Origin: Eledone cirrhosa
Taxonomy: Eukaryota
Reading direction: 5' to 3'
Assembly (NCBI GenBank): GCA_964016885.1
Contig: OZ024746.1
Location: forward strand, 36,270,001 to 36,334,000
DNA: 64,000 nucleotides
Below, one piece after another: positions 18,098 through 32,318 of the stretch; the first letter of the stretch is position 1; the number at the start of each line of letters is the position of its first letter. The notes under the pieces are model-generated. The model made no database searches and was not told the origin of the DNA. It worked only from the letters and a program-made list of their open reading frames with translations. A program made the translations under genes and the position numbers.

Positions 18098-19099
18098 ATA
18101 TGTGTGGGTGTGTATGTATATATATATATATATATATATTAGAAAGTGAGATTTTTTTTACAAAATAATGTGTCCTACACGAGTGAAAGTATAAACATAA
18201 AAGATAAAATCGAAAATGCAACCGGAGTCTTATTTAAAAACATATATATATATATTTATTTGGTTCCTTTACCGGTTACGCAGTTCTTCTGCTTTTCAAA
18301 AGTTGAGTTCAGATGGAGGGTCTGTGGATTTTCTCACATCTGGTTGGTCTTTGAATGTTACCTCTATTATATGGAAAAAGGTGGCTCGAAACGCCAGGTT
18401 TTTAGAGAAGATGATGAAATTTTACTGTACCAATATGCTTTCAACGCACTTATATACATGGAGTCTTAAGACACTTCAAGATAACTAATTTGTTGTTTTT
18501 AACGCTAAATGCTCATACAAAGTCAATTGCTATGCCTTCATAACCAACAACAATGACTATTATAAAACCACTTCCAACAGGATAAAATCACATGAAAATG
18601 GCCAGCATATTTTGCGCATAAATTCGCTGAGGCATCATTTACGTTGATGATCTTATGTGATATTTCCTCATTATTAAAGCACTAGCATTGGTTAGCTTCC
18701 AAATTATGGGAATGTCATCAAATAAGTGAAAAACTTGTCCTAAAAATTGTAATATCATGGTATGGTGTTTGGGGGCCTACTTAATGTTTTGGGGCCACGA
18801 ATTTGAATAGGTTTCGTTTTGGGCTAGTATATAACTTCAGTTCTTTTCTCATTTATTGTCACACCAAACATCTTTGCCGCAAAGGAAAATCGGTTTACGA
18901 GGTTATCTTTGCCTTTCATTCTTACGGGATCGATAAAATAAATTACCAGTTCCAGAAACAATTTTCTTTCAATATTGCCGGTACGATGTCAATTTACTGA
19001 TGTCCCACAAATTTGGAAATTCTTGACACTTTGCATCAGCCCGAGGAACTCCTTCGCCTATTTTTTTCATTATCGGTATATTTTTAGAAATATTCCCTT

Positions 19100-20000
19100 C
19101 TAATCGTTGATCCGATTACGCCCTGTATTTCCGTTTACGGGTCTCGCATGTTTAGACATTGGAAGGATTTCACATCACGATGCATTTCAGTATTATCGGA
19201 AACGTTTTGGTGTAATCATTTCTGCTTGTTCCATCGCTTTCTAGCTCTGGGAAATCAACATTGCCTTTTTCATTCCACTTAATAACCTCTCAATACATTT
19301 CTAGTGTTTCGGGCTTCTACGCTTATAAGCCGGCAATTCTTTCTCCTGAAATACAGCATGTTGACATCGTCTGATAGTGTAATGGCTGCACATCTTCATC
19401 ACGTACGCTATATATTTAGTTTTAAAATATCTTCCTTTTCTATTGTTATTATTCCTGTTCTGTATATAATGATGCGTATTGCTCTGCAATTCAATTCGCT
19501 GATTGTATATTTTCCAATGAGCTTGAAGTTTAATATATTTTCACCATCCGTTTTAATAATTGTTTTCTTTCTTAATTTTGTTTTACCTTATACGCTTCCA
19601 ACATGCCAATTTATTTATGTCCTTCATTTGTGTCTATTTGTTGACTCTTCCCTTCCTTTGGCAAATGGATCTCGTCACGTTTATTGTATTTGTCTCTCTT
19701 CATCATAAGCTTATAACGTTGAAATAGCGATTTCAATTTATATGACATTATATGTCACTGCGCTAATATTCATTTGCTGTTCCATTTCATTCTAGCAAAT
19801 AATATCACTTCAATGTTTGACACTCTTTCCTTCATGTTATATCCACCCGGCGTTTCTGTTTCTCCATTCTAGTGCAATTGAGGTGAGGGTGATGGGACAG
19901 ATTGGTGTGATTTGCTATCCTAATCAGTATCCCCCTGTACATTTTGGTTCCTCCACAGGCGACCTACACTTTTGTTTTACATCTTATATCACTTCGATGC
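19100..20000 (-). mobile_element. Highly decayed LINE (possibly RTE) relic
   Basis: Only faint RT-like motifs (VQGD-like near 19930). No open frame. Confidence 0.25.
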
Positions 20001-20929
20001 GTGTTTTGTTAATTACATAAACATTTGTTTTCCTGCAGGTGTGCATAGATACTTTCTTCAAGCATACTAGTAATGGGAAACGAGGTATTGATGTGCACAT
20101 TGAGACATCGACTTCTGTTCGGTGACTGCATGATCAAGGATATTATGCCTTACGTTTCAGGTCATACAATGCAGGTGTCTGCTTTAGCATTTTGCATTGA
20201 ATAGCCCACGTTCCATACACCGTTGTTTTAGAGTTTGCTAGCATTTGAAGTCGTCTGGTCCGGCTACATTCCTAGTTCATACATTTGCAATTTAATGATA
20301 TTTGGATGAAAATATATATAACAACGTGCAATTTTGTATGTATTCTCTCGCTTGGTCTACTGCCTTTCATTTCCAACTGACATCTGTCACGCACACTCAT
20401 TATCAAATCCTATTTCTAGAGCGTAACGCATGATATTATACAACACGTAATTTTTTATGAGCACTTTAATAAAATTCATTTTATTTTTGACAATTTGATT
20501 ATTCCTTTATATGGTGTCTAACCTACTAGCAGCTTGATAGAAGCTACTTAGGCTATTTACAATTCATCAGCCTATATTGTAGACAAATTATTCGCCTGCT
20601 ATGTATCGAGTTGTATAGGGTAATTAACCTTTGTAGAGGGGTACATATTTTATGATAAGCTACAACTCTTTTTGTATTAACTTTTTCCTATTTTGTATTA
20701 ACTTTTTTCAAATTATTGATATGGTAGTCTGGATCGATGGTGGTTCCCATACAGATTAATGCCAGGTGAGCCTGCGATTCGTGTCAGCCATGGTTGGTAC
20801 TATCAATGTTAATGGGAATACCCATTACTTGTCCGTATGAAATATGCAGTGTTGTCTCTCTTTAATGTCCAATTACTGATGTGAACAACAATATTATTAA
20901 ACCACTCACAGCAGCACCAAAAAAAAACA

Positions 20930-21560
20930 AAGAAAAAATGCCCGGAACTGCTTAGAGGAAACAAAGTAACCCCTAGAAAGACCTAGACATTTGAAAACTC
21001 CTACTACTGTCAGGGAAAATATTGAAGCCGCAGAACTTAGAAAATATTCCAGAAGAAGTTAGAAAACTTTCGCAACCTCAGAACAGCAACCATCCAAAAC
21101 ATCGTGAAACAAGGTGTCAAGAAAGAAATTAAGAGACTGAAAACTGCAATTCACAGCAATCCTAGATGACCCTTCCCTATAACTAGATTGAGGACATGAG
21201 ACTTCTAAAATTTCCATATGTATCTGACTGAGATGAATCTGAGCTTGTGGATCTGAATATTGAAACTCACTAGCAATTCGAAAGCTTTCCAAATATCGAA
21301 TCCCGAGAAGCTAAACTTACAGTCGAATCATAAAGGAAAGGAAAGGGGCCCGGTCATGACATTGCTACCATTGATAATAACTCAGGAACGACAAATTTCC
21401 GGGCGAATGGAACGCAGAAATCATCAGTTATGTACTAAAAGGGGGACTCAACAAATTCCAAATTACCGCCCCTGAGGTTTTCTAAACATCATCTACAAAC
21501 TGTTAACAAAATAATCGCGAAGAGAATCACAAGAGCCCTCGATGAAAATTAACCCAGAAT
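20930..21560 (+). mobile_element. Decayed RTE-clade LINE RT fragment
   Basis: 21395-21555 reads, with frameshifts, PGEWNAEII..KGD..NYRP..FLNIIYKLLTK IIAKRITRALDEN, matching RTE RT domains 0-1. Confidence 0.55.
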
Positions 21561-23377
21561 ATTACATGAATCAAATCTTGCTCCCCAGAAACATCGAAGT
21601 CCAAGTGTTAACATATTTGGCAAGCAGCTGTTAGATTTGCAAGCAATAGGTACCAACATCAAATGCGTATAAGTAGGGCTGACCTGCTGTGCATATGTAC
21701 CCATATAGATTCAATATTACAATTCAAATCTAAAATTCTCCCAGACAACATGATGACTATACAATCTAGCTAACAATATCACATGGTACACAGCAAATAT
21801 TTTAAAAAAGAAACCAACACTAAATTAACAAAATCTACATTATGCATGTCATACGCAACAAAACCTAAGACATCAAAAGTCAATCCCATGAGAAAGAAAA
21901 ACGATATAGGATGTACACTAGCATATGCCCTTATACTCACTACCTCCACAAACATGCACAATACTAGACACGCCACATTAACATGGCAGAGTTAGTCCCT
22001 GCAGTAGTAACTCGCCTTAGATTTTTGGGCGAATTTTGTTTCCTTTTAGTTGCATCTCTTCATATTCTTATCTAAGATCAAACAAGGACGGATTTCACTG
22101 CGTATTTAAGTATCAGCTTATTGCATATGTCAACCTAACAGAGAGTTTTTTGTTGAACACATGCCGAAGATGCCAATTAGAAGGAAAACGTATTTAGTTA
22201 TAAATATTTACAATCTGTACTATAACATCAGCAAGAGATTAATTTTGCCATTCATCTATCCAGGATCAACATAAAAATAGGACAGATAATTACATGTTAA
22301 GACTTGTTTGAAGGGTTAAATCATTTCGAATTTTTCACAACAGTAAAATGTTTGATTTCGTGCCAATAATAGTAACAATTGTTCGCGTTCGTTTTTGTTT
22401 GCTTGCTAAATGCCATTGAATAATTTTAAATTCGCTTTTTCTGCATATCACCAGCTCCACGCAAATCAGATCTGACAATTGCAAGGTCTGTCTCCAGAAC
22501 CGTTTTGTATATTGATCTTCAACACTTATTTTTAATATTTAAGGAATCTGTGAATAGAAAGAAAACAAGCAGTGATTCGTCACTGAATGTGAACTAAGTG
22601 ATAAGAATCCCATTTTCCCATAACCTTCGGCTAACATAAACATGCGTCGTTGTTATTTATGAATGTATTCTTTGAGTAGCTGTTGCTGACACGTGACTTA
22701 TTATTTTTTAGTCAGGTTATAGCTGGAGCTGATGTAGGTGAGGGAGATGTTACAATGTATAGCGCTCTTATGTGTTGTCTTTTATTTAGAGAGACTTATT
22801 TTGTTCCCACGAAAAGAGTGCTTAAGTAGAAAGGCCAAAATATATTTGCATTTCCATAGTGGTAAAATATATTTGGCTGCTTAATGTGTAGGATAGGCTT
22901 TCACGCTGTTCACCCAATTTCGATATATGTATCCATGAATAATTTTCTTTCGGTTGTACCTTGGTTCCTTTTACATACAACTATCACATTTTACGGAATA
23001 TGTTTTTCGTTTGCCTAGTTGTTTCTTTTATAATTCATGTTTTCCACTTGTTTTATGAAAATATGCCTGTAAAGACTCTGGTTCTCTTTTATTTATCTAA
23101 AACTTTTTTTCGTTTATATAATGTCAATGTTATAGCTGCTTCATCGCAGCTATCAATAATTGATATAATTATCCCACAGAACAGAGAGAAATTGATATGT
23201 GAATGAAAAGATCACACCAGGAAAGTGACCGATACAACAGTAATTCAAATTCAACTTTGATCAGTTGTCATACAACAATAAATGGTATACGAGAGTAATA
23301 GATATACAGCAGTAGAGATGAAAAAGGATATATCATCAAGTTATATAACAAATGTTACGAAATATTTTAGGAAGAAC

Positions 23378-23407
<30 letters not shown>

Positions 23408-23408
<1 letters not shown>

Positions 23409-23690
23409 TTCGTATGTGCATCAGGAAAGCTGATATATGTATTGACTTGCTGTCGAGAGGAGTACATAGGACAAACTAAAAACAGTTTTCATCAGCGTAT
23501 GGATCCCTAATAAAAATATGGGAATGCGGAAAAATACCACTGACTGAACATATTGACGCCTGTACCCCTAATGAAGAACCCAATTTCAGCATTTTTCCCC
23601 TCTATAAATTTAAAGACAACGTACCCACAATCAACGCATTGCCAACCAATCATAAACTTATCACAGAATAGGAAATCCGTTTAAACGTAT
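23408..23690 (+). pseudogene. GIY-YIG relic related to PLE family A
   Basis: CASGKLIYVLTCCREEYIGQTKNSFHQR...IPLTEHIDAC..PNFSIFPLYKFKDN, homologous to 8056-8391. Confidence 0.75.
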
Positions 23691-24533
23691 CCACCGCATA
23701 CGAAACTGCAGCAATAACTCCGTTCATGTCAAACAGTATCTTAAAAGCTTGAAAATATGATGTTTACACTCTGAGTTTATCTGTGGACGCCAAACTCCTC
23801 CCGGTATCACTGTCAGTTCAGTAGATCAAACTTTTCATATTAACGTCTTTTTTTACTCATATTCTGAGATGTTGTATGTAGCTTCTCAAGAAGACTAGTA
23901 AACAAATCGATAGGAGCGAACAAAAAATATCTAGAAACAAAACGAGTTCGACTCGTTTGTATATACTTATTCTGTAGATAGTTCAACGTTGACGCTATAA
24001 CGGCAACCTAACGGCAACCTAACGTAAATTCATTATTCCTATCTCAGTTTATATTTGAGACAGCATATCGTCATGGGGAGGACGTTATACCCCTTTCATT
24101 CTTTTTTCTGAAATCTGTTATCAGAATCTGTAAAAATGCTACTATATTACAAACAAGCTAAATTGCGAATTATGTGTAATGATGCTTGCACATTTGGATA
24201 TAATTAAATATTTTTCTTTCTCGAACTATGTAGTTAATTTAAGAGTTTTTCTTAACCATTTTATAATATTATATTCACTACGTGCAATGATCTTGGTAAG
24301 GCAACGGACCGGCAAAATGGTCTTTAAATACAGAATAATTAAACTCCCAAATAAAATAACTAATTTCACATATATTTAATCAATATTGTCTAGTTTCTAC
24401 CAATTTATTTTTGTTAGGGGAATTAGAAACGTCATCGGTCATCACTGCCACAACAGTGGGACAACATTACAGAAAAACCAATGAACACTGGTGAAGCATC
24501 TGAGTTTGTTATTATTAGAAAGAGCAACGTATG

Positions 24534-24608
<75 letters not shown>

Positions 24609-24711
24609 ATAATAATAAATGTGAAGACTAAAATCCAAATAGGGCTCGATAGGTATAAATATATGTCAAATATATAAGAACCCAAGAGCTAATATTTCTT
24701 AAACTAACAGA

Positions 24712-25610
24712 TTAAGGTGTAAGCAAAAAATCGGTGCTTTCACCATTAACGTCGAGGTAATTAACGACCGAGAGGTTGGCCTCAACCTGTATAGAGAGGG
24801 CTGTGAGTTCTTTTCTGAACCTGTCGCAAGCACGAGGGCCGCATTTAGTCATGGTCAAAAGACCATCATCACGGTACAAACCACCGCCCGCGTTGGGGAG
24901 TTCGTCCTTGATAGAGAAAAGAAGGAAAAGTTCGATAAGATCAGTAACCTCCGCAGAATCGCTGGCGGCCATACTCACGTCGAATGGGGTACTATTGGAT
25001 GTTTTAATCCAAATAGAGTCGTCGAAATTAATCACCGAATTAAGGGCATTGAGGATGACATCAACTTCAAAATCCTTAACCACTGTGAGTGTTTTAGTGA
25101 AATGGATAGCTCTAAGGAGAAGTGGTAAAGTGATGGAGGAGTAGTAATTATTGATGTCGAATTGGATAAAAAAGCAATGTTCCTTGTTGGATATGCCGTT
25201 GAACCAAACAATCACCGCGAAAGAATTGTTCCATAGTGCAAGAGGGGCCACACCTCTAATTTCAGGTATAATTCTATCAAGAATCATTTTACTAAGTCTA
25301 CCTAAATCGGACTTCGTAGGGTTAATAAGCCGAATAGAGGGTTTTTTCGGAAAATTGGATTTGTGATCCTTCAGGATAAAGTGGGGAGAAATAGTGTCCA
25401 GAAGTTCGGTCCGGTCCAGGATGTTGAGATCAGAGGTGATTTTAAACCAAGCATCGTTGATTTGATTGATGACGCACCGATTAGTTTTACGGTAATCCTT
25501 AGTTACAGCATTATGTAGTAGTTGATGGTAAGTACTGCGCTCCACTTGATATAGGTTGCCAGTTTTGTCAGAATGGACGTGCACGGCTTTAGAATCCTTA
25601 ATAAAACGAA
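24712..25610 (-). pseudogene. PLE reverse transcriptase fragment (YRDD type)
   Basis: SDKTGNLY, RLINPTKSDLGRLSK, QFDINNYYSSI, FDVSM..SDSAEV, GLYRDDGL, VVNYLDV. Confidence 0.88.
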
Positions 25611-25619
25611 ACGCTCCTA

Positions 25620-25947
<328 letters not shown>

Positions 25948-25996
25948 CACATATAAATATGTACTTGCCAGCATAACTCTGATTCTCGCTGAATTA

Positions 25997-26119
<123 letters not shown>

Positions 26120-26138
26120 TATATATATATATATATAT

Positions 26139-26263
26139 TACGAAGTAAATGTGGTTAGGAACCAGGTGGACTATAACGCACCAAAGTACTCAATACTTAG
26201 GGTATTCCAGAATTAGCCGTCGAAAAGGCTTGAGCTCAGCCGTCGGGGTCCTACTCGTTCCTA
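26139..26263. mobile_element. PLE family C terminus fragment with internal strand switch
   Basis: First half matches 1-57. Second half is the reverse complement of 72-128. Confidence 0.75.
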
Positions 26264-26766
26264 TATATATATATAAATTGATTCGTGATATTTCAGTGAA
26301 ATCGGAAAAAGGAGGTTGAATTGAATTAGTTTCAATGCACATGCTATTTTCATCCGTATGTGGCTAATATTCAGTAACTCTGAATTTGAAAATTACAGAA
26401 TAATCCGGAGTTTGGAAATCAGATACACCTGTGATATATTACATAATAATAGTAATAATAACAGCACCAATAATAATACTATTAATAATAATAATAATAA
26501 TAATGATTTCTTTATTAACCACAAGGGTTTACATAAAGTAGACAGTAAGGACAGTGCAGGACAATGCAGGACGGTACAAATGGGCATTTCTGCGTGTAAA
26601 AAAACAAAAACAGAGGATGTAACAAAAATACCAATGAAAATAACAATGAAAAATTCCCCAATAGGGGGGAGACTTCGGAGGGACATTTGTGGAGAAAGCC
26701 CAGTAAAAAGCCACAATGACCCTGACCACCAAGGCAAGTGCCCTCTCCCAGTTTTCCACCTTTAGT

Positions 26767-29700
26767 TTACAGATATATACTCAGAGTCGGCCCATTCACT
26801 CGGGCCATTCTTGCTTCTCTCACCCATCTTTCAACAAAATGCTGGGAAGAGAGCACTTCCTTCTCTACTCTGATTTTCCTTTTCAAATGAAATTTGAAAA
26901 AGTCAATCAGAGCATCACCGAAGAGGTAAGTACTCGTCTTCAGCCCTTTCAAACGTGTCCACCATACTATCTCTTTCGCCATGGCCACCAGACAGATAAA
27001 AACTGCCTGCCCTTCCCGGCTAAAGGAGGAGGGCGGGGCAATCCTCACGATAGACTCAGATGATAGCTGGATCCGTCCTAAACGCGACAGCAGGTGTTCG
27101 ACATAAACCCACAAGTCAGCAATTTTCGGACACTGGACGAGTGCGTGCAGGACGGTTTCGTCGCCCTGCGCGCATCTCGGACATGCCCGGCTGACGGCAC
27201 CTCCATGCCTGTAGAGTTTATCCCGAACTGGCAAGGCTCCTCGGTAGCACTGCCAGGCCAGAGATTTCTGGAAGTTGTCCATAGGCCCTGGCCCGAAAGT
27301 TCTCCCGAAGAGATTGGCTAGTTGATTTTCGTCGACGCCTAGAGTTTCCCCAAGTACGTCGTCGCTCTTCCCCTCCACTAATCCTCTATAGAACGCCGAG
27401 GTGGAGTTTCCACCGATCACATTGCCCGATTGGTCGAGGGCTGTGAGCGCCTGAAGACATTCCAGTCTCCAGGCGCTCCCTCTCGGTCTTCGCTTGACCC
27501 AGGACTGCAGCTCCGTCAAGGAAACGAGCTGGGGAAAAACGCGTCTAGCAAACGGCGACCACACCTGATCACCGTCGAGGAAGAGGTGGAGATGTCGTAG
27601 CCTGAGCGCGTGCCTGCGCATCATCAGCCACGGCATGCCCAGCCCTCCACGTAGCGGGTGTTGACAACAGATGGACCGCCTGACCATCGGAGCACGTCCC
27701 TTCCACAAAAAGCGAAAGAGCAAACGCTCCAGCGCAGTCAGGCGAGGCTTAGGACAAGGTACGATGGTTAGGCGGTAGCAGATGACAGACGCGATGTACG
27801 CGTTAGCCACCTCCGCTCGACCTTTCAGGGATAGCTTCCTCTCCGCCCATTTCTGGGTGAGAGAAGCCACCCTGCTCGTCACCTCGTCCCAGTTTTTGTC
27901 CGTCTGGAGGTCCGGACCGAACCAGACCCCTAGCAATTTAACCGGTCCGTCCGTCCAGCGCCCGACGACGCTGTTGGACGGCATGGACCTGCCTCTCCAG
28001 GTGCCGAGCTGCAGGCCCACTGACTTTTCCTGGTTGATCATTGCTCCTGTCACCGCTTCGTATTCTCTTAGTGTAGTGCCGATCGCCTCGATGTGTTTGG
28101 CGTTCGACACCACTACGGTGATATCGTCCGCATATGCTGACACGGATCTTCCGCATCCTAGTTCGCGCGGGACTCCCCTCAACGTCTCCAGTTTGTGCAG
28201 TAATGGCTCGAGAGTCAATACGTACAAGAGGGACGAGAGGGGACATCCTTGGCGGACCGAGCGCATGATGTTGAACGGTTCCGACAGGTGACCGTTCACT
28301 CTCACTACAGAGCAGATGTCGCTGTGCATGGCAGCGATCCAGCCTCTGAAGACGGGCCCAAAGCCAGCCGCCCTCAGGACTGCCGCTAGGTAACGATGGT
28401 CGACCCTATCGAAAGCTTTCGACTGATCTAAATTGATCAAGGACCCACCCGTGCCAGGTTCCCTAGCTACCCTCTCTACGATGTATCGCATGAGGTGGAG
28501 GTTGTCGTGGATGGATCTGTCGGGAATGGCGCATGTCTGCGCCTCTCCCACCAGACCACCAACGACAAGCGCCAACCTCTTTGCTAGCACCTTGGCCAAA
28601 ATCTTAAACTCTGTGTTTAGCAGAGTTATGGGCCGGAAATTGTCTATGTTATCCCCCTTGTTCGCATCCTTTCTCAGCAGTGCCACCGCTCCTCGGCTCA
28701 CAGAACTGGGAATTCTCCCGTTCTGTTGCCAGTTGCAGTAGACGTCCGCCAAGAGGCCTCCGAACAAGTCTGGCATCTGTACGTAAAGTTCATAGGGCAG
28801 ACCATCCAAACCAGGCGATTTACCCCTTGTGCAGCCAGTCATTGCCTCCCGTACTTCAGCGGCTGTTATCGGCTTTTCGCAACACTTCGCCTCAGTGGCC
28901 GAGAGCCGCGGCAGTCCGTCGAGGTAGACACTAAAGTCCATCCCTCTACCCGGCCCCCCGCTGCCCCCGAACAGCTGAGCGAAGTGTCGCTGAAAAGCTT
29001 CACACATTTGCCCGGGATCGAGTAGCATGCGCCCGTCGTGGTCCACCAAAGACCGGATCGTGGCTTTGTTGCCACGACGCGCCTCCGCCACTCGGGCCCA
29101 TTGAACGGCTTTCGTCCCCTCGTGTCTGAGAGCACGCACCCTAGCTCTGACAACGCAGCCTTCGTGCTTTGCATTGAAGAATTGCTCAAGGGCCAATTTC
29201 GCCGCAAGCACGTCGGTCGCAATGCCTTTGCTAAGCGCCTCGTCTAATTTTCTAACTAGTTCTCCCTCTGCTCTATTTTTCTCTATTGCTAAAGCCTTAC
29301 TAAACCTAATCGATTCTATTCTAATCGCTCTTTTCAGAGCAAACCACCACTTGTTGTTGACGATGGCCCCCGTCAACGCCCGCTTAACTAGTTCGCTAAT
29401 CCGGTCTCTGTAGGCCTTGCGCGCTGGTAATGACGCGTTTAGCTTCCAGTAGCCGGGTCCTCGTCTATGAAGCCTATCTAAGTCAAGCACACAGGTCACG
29501 AATTTGTGGTCCGTGTAGCTGACTATCTTGAATTGTGGACAGCCTATGCTAGACCTATCTATTTCCCTACAAAATACTCTATCTAGATATGATCTGGATG
29601 ACCCTATGCGGTTTGTCCAAGTCCACATTGGCACATTCGGGAAATCCAATCGGTACCTGTCAGACAGTTCAAAACGCCTGAGCAGGTTGGTGAGGCTCTT

Positions 29701-30186
29701 GCACCCTCCACTCCTATCCGCTAATCCCACACAGTCCCAGCGTGCATCTAAGATCCCGTTCCAGTCGCCCACTAACACTAAAGAGCGGGACGTTCCAAGA
29801 AAGGTCTCCAGACGCCGGAAGAAATCAGGCCGCCCTGCTCCTGTCGGGGCATAGACGGCCACTAGCCTGAAAGCTTGCCCGTCTCCGCTGGTCACGTCCA
29901 GCACCACCAGCTTACCCTCTGGGTCCAGGAAGATGGCCCGTATGGCGAGATCCAAACCTCTCCGAAAAAGCACAGCAACTCCTCCACCCGATCCAGGACG
30001 GCTGGGAGATGCGTACACATCGTAGCCGCCGAAGATCGGTGCGAAGGCCCGTGCTTCGGAGATTCTGGTCTCGCTGATGGCCACTACATCTATGTTTAGT
30101 GACCTGAGGTCGTTGAGCAGGTGACCCTGCTTCCATGACGACCCCAAGCCACGCGCATTTATGCTGCCTATTCTGAGTGAGGTCAT
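26767..30186 (-). CDS. ORF2p, 1139 aa: APE endonuclease, reverse transcriptase, C-terminal CCHC
   Basis: SINARGL, SETR, VYAP, GDWN, YLDR, TDH; KSPGLDG, NFRPITLLN, DQSKAFDRVDH, VRQGCPLS, YADD; CPRC..ETVLHALVQC. Uninterrupted ATG-start ORF. Confidence 0.95.
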   Translation of the reverse strand: MTSLRIGSINARGLGSSWKQGHLLNDLRSLNIDVVAISETRISEARAFAPIFGGYDVYASPSRPGSGGGVAVLFRRGLDLAIRAIFLDPEGKLVVLDVTSGDGQAFRLVAVYAPTGAGRPDFFRRLETFLGTSRSLVLVGDWNGILDARWDCVGLADRSGGCKSLTNLLRRFELSDRYRLDFPNVPMWTWTNRIGSSRSYLDRVFCREIDRSSIGCPQFKIVSYTDHKFVTCVLDLDRLHRRGPGYWKLNASLPARKAYRDRISELVKRALTGAIVNNKWWFALKRAIRIESIRFSKALAIEKNRAEGELVRKLDEALSKGIATDVLAAKLALEQFFNAKHEGCVVRARVRALRHEGTKAVQWARVAEARRGNKATIRSLVDHDGRMLLDPGQMCEAFQRHFAQLFGGSGGPGRGMDFSVYLDGLPRLSATEAKCCEKPITAAEVREAMTGCTRGKSPGLDGLPYELYVQMPDLFGGLLADVYCNWQQNGRIPSSVSRGAVALLRKDANKGDNIDNFRPITLLNTEFKILAKVLAKRLALVVGGLVGEAQTCAIPDRSIHDNLHLMRYIVERVAREPGTGGSLINLDQSKAFDRVDHRYLAAVLRAAGFGPVFRGWIAAMHSDICSVVRVNGHLSEPFNIMRSVRQGCPLSSLLYVLTLEPLLHKLETLRGVPRELGCGRSVSAYADDITVVVSNAKHIEAIGTTLREYEAVTGAMINQEKSVGLQLGTWRGRSMPSNSVVGRWTDGPVKLLGVWFGPDLQTDKNWDEVTSRVASLTQKWAERKLSLKGRAEVANAYIASVICYRLTIVPCPKPRLTALERLLFRFLWKGRAPMVRRSICCQHPLRGGLGMPWLMMRRHALRLRHLHLFLDGDQVWSPFARRVFPQLVSLTELQSWVKRRPRGSAWRLECLQALTALDQSGNVIGGNSTSAFYRGLVEGKSDDVLGETLGVDENQLANLFGRTFGPGPMDNFQKSLAWQCYRGALPVRDKLYRHGGAVSRACPRCAQGDETVLHALVQCPKIADLWVYVEHLLSRLGRIQLSSESIVRIAPPSSFSREGQAVFICLVAMAKEIVWWTRLKGLKTSTYLFGDALIDFFKFHLKRKIRVEKEVLSSQHFVERWVREARMARVNGPTLSIYL

Positions 30187-30221
30187 GTTTAAAATAGAGT
30201 GGAAAAGATGGGAAAGACCAC

Positions 30222-32318
30222 TTACCGTACTTTTGGTAGAGGAGGGATGGTTTTTACATCCCTTTTCACTTGATCGTCTGGTGAAGGGACCGTTGAATCG
30301 TCCCTTCGGCTGGTCGTCGGCTCTTCTAAGAGAATGTCTGAGTATACTCTTCGATTGATGGTTCCTCCTAGGTCCCTGAAATCACCAACTGCGTTGGGGA
30401 ATTTCGTTTTAATGTTTGTGTATTGTTTCTGTGCTATTTTTAGCAGTCTTATGTTAGTTGGCGTTTTGATTGGTGCTGGTATTATGTAGTCCTGTTGTGA
30501 AATGTCTGTGTGTTCAATTATGTAAGTCATTAGTTTCTTGTTGTGTGTATTTATTGCCGTGCATTTGTTTTTCTGGGGGTGGGGTGTGGTTCTGCTATTT
30601 TCTTGTCGTTGTTGCTGGGTGTGTGTGTTTTGTTGTTGTGTTTGCGACGTTGGTGCTTGTGGTGGTGGTGTTGAAGGTGTTGTTGGCGGTGGGGTTGTCG
30701 CCGGTGGTGATGGTGGTGCTAGTGTGGGTGGTGATGGTGTTGGTGTTGTTGCTGCTGTGGGTCTCTTTGCAGTAGACTTTACCCTATTCTCATTTCTTTC
30801 CTCCCTTTTCAAAGGCGACGATGCGCTGCTTCTGCGTTTGTGCCTTCTTGCGACCTTTTGCCATCCCTCTCCCACCTCACACTCCATGTCTGATTCTGTG
30901 AGGTCGGGGAGGGGTACCAGCTCCACTCATTCACTTGTTGTTGTTGGTGATGTTTGCACTGGAGTCTCTGTTGCAGCTGCATTTGGTATTGCTGTTGTTG
31001 TTGTTAATATTTCCACTGCTGCTGCTGTTTTTGATTTCCGCGGCGTGGGTATGGGTGCCACGGACCTATCGTTCCTGGTTGCCGCTTGTCCTGTTGCTGG
31101 TAGCCGTGGAGCCGGATTCGGAAGGAGGGGGGTTTTCTCCTTTCTCAGGGTCTTCTCGTTGCAGAAGGCCCTGAGGTGAGTCTTCGATCCACAGCGAAAG
31201 CATTTCGGGCGTTTGCCCTCAACACTTATGGGCAGTTGAGTGCCGTTATCGAAGTCTATCACATCCGGGATAGCTTCGATGCACTCCTGGTTGGTTTGGA
31301 TTAGCTTCTCAATGGAGGAGCCGACCCAATCTTCTCTTACTTTTTTCTGTACTTGCAGTACAGTTGTTTTGTCCTCGATTCCGACGAGGACAGACGCGGC
31401 CAGCCAAGAAGGGGTCATTCCGGGGGGGACGTGGGTCAGTTTGACCCTCACAATTTTTTGCCCGCAGTAGGAGGGCACCAACACCATTTCCTCGCTCCTT
31501 AGGGTCACTACTGATTGGGCCTTTGCCTCCTGGGGTGAGGCAAAAAGTACGTCTACGGTGGCATATTTTTTGCCTCGGGTGATGTGCGTTTTCCGCTGCC
31601 ACACAGACCCCAAGGCTTTTTGTATTTGGGCCTCTGTGGCTCTTTCCACCCTACGGGATTTTGTACTTACTGTACGGTACGTGACCGTACAGTGCTCTTG
31701 GGTCTCGAAAAACTTTTCCGCTGCCTTGCAGATTGCTCGGTGTCCGTTCTTTGTCACCATCTTCTTCGCTTCCTCTAATTCCTCATTTGTTATGAGGATT
31801 GTTTCCAAGTTTTTCGCAATACCTGCAAATGAGATTAGTTTTTCTCTGCTGTTGTTGTTGTCGTCAGAGCTGCTGGTACTTTTGTTGTTGCTGCAGGTAC
31901 TACCACTACTGCCTCCGCCGCTGTTGCTGTGGTTGTTGTTGGTGTTGCTGCTGCTAATGCTGTTGTTGTTTATGTTGCTGGTGATGCTGTTGCGGCTGCT
32001 ACTGTTGTTTTCATTGTCACTGTTGCTGTTGTTATTACGGCTGCTACTGCTATTATTCCTGACGTCAGACGAATGAACTGGGTTTTCGTATTTCCCGCAC
32101 ACCTGTTTCGTCGCTGTCGTCGTCGTCGTGGAGAAACCTTGCACGCTTTGCACGAGACTTTTCTTTTCTTTCGTCACTTGCGAAAGAGAAGGGAGGGAGA
32201 GAGACACATTTAAAGAAGGGAGGGAGAGAGACAATCTTCTCTCTGCTGTAGTGATGATTGAGGAAGAAGAAGACGGAATGAGTGGGAGTGACGTATGAAA
32301 TTTCTTTTTCGTAGCCAT
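30222..32318 (-). CDS. ORF1p (gag-like, zinc knuckle) with a single in-frame TGA at 30927-30929
   Basis: ATG at 32318 (MATKKKF). CFRCGSKTHLRAFC knuckle. ORFs 30927-32354 and 30222-30926 abut in the same frame. Confidence 0.8.

Noticed and set aside
18146-18488. Overlapping 90-107 aa ORFs in unique-looking sequence
   Set aside because: No recognisable domain, non-ATG starts and no splice support.
22280-22570. Strong minus-strand splice-acceptor-like tract near 22548-22570 suggesting a host exon
   Set aside because: All three frames stop within about ten codons, and no partner exon could be supported.
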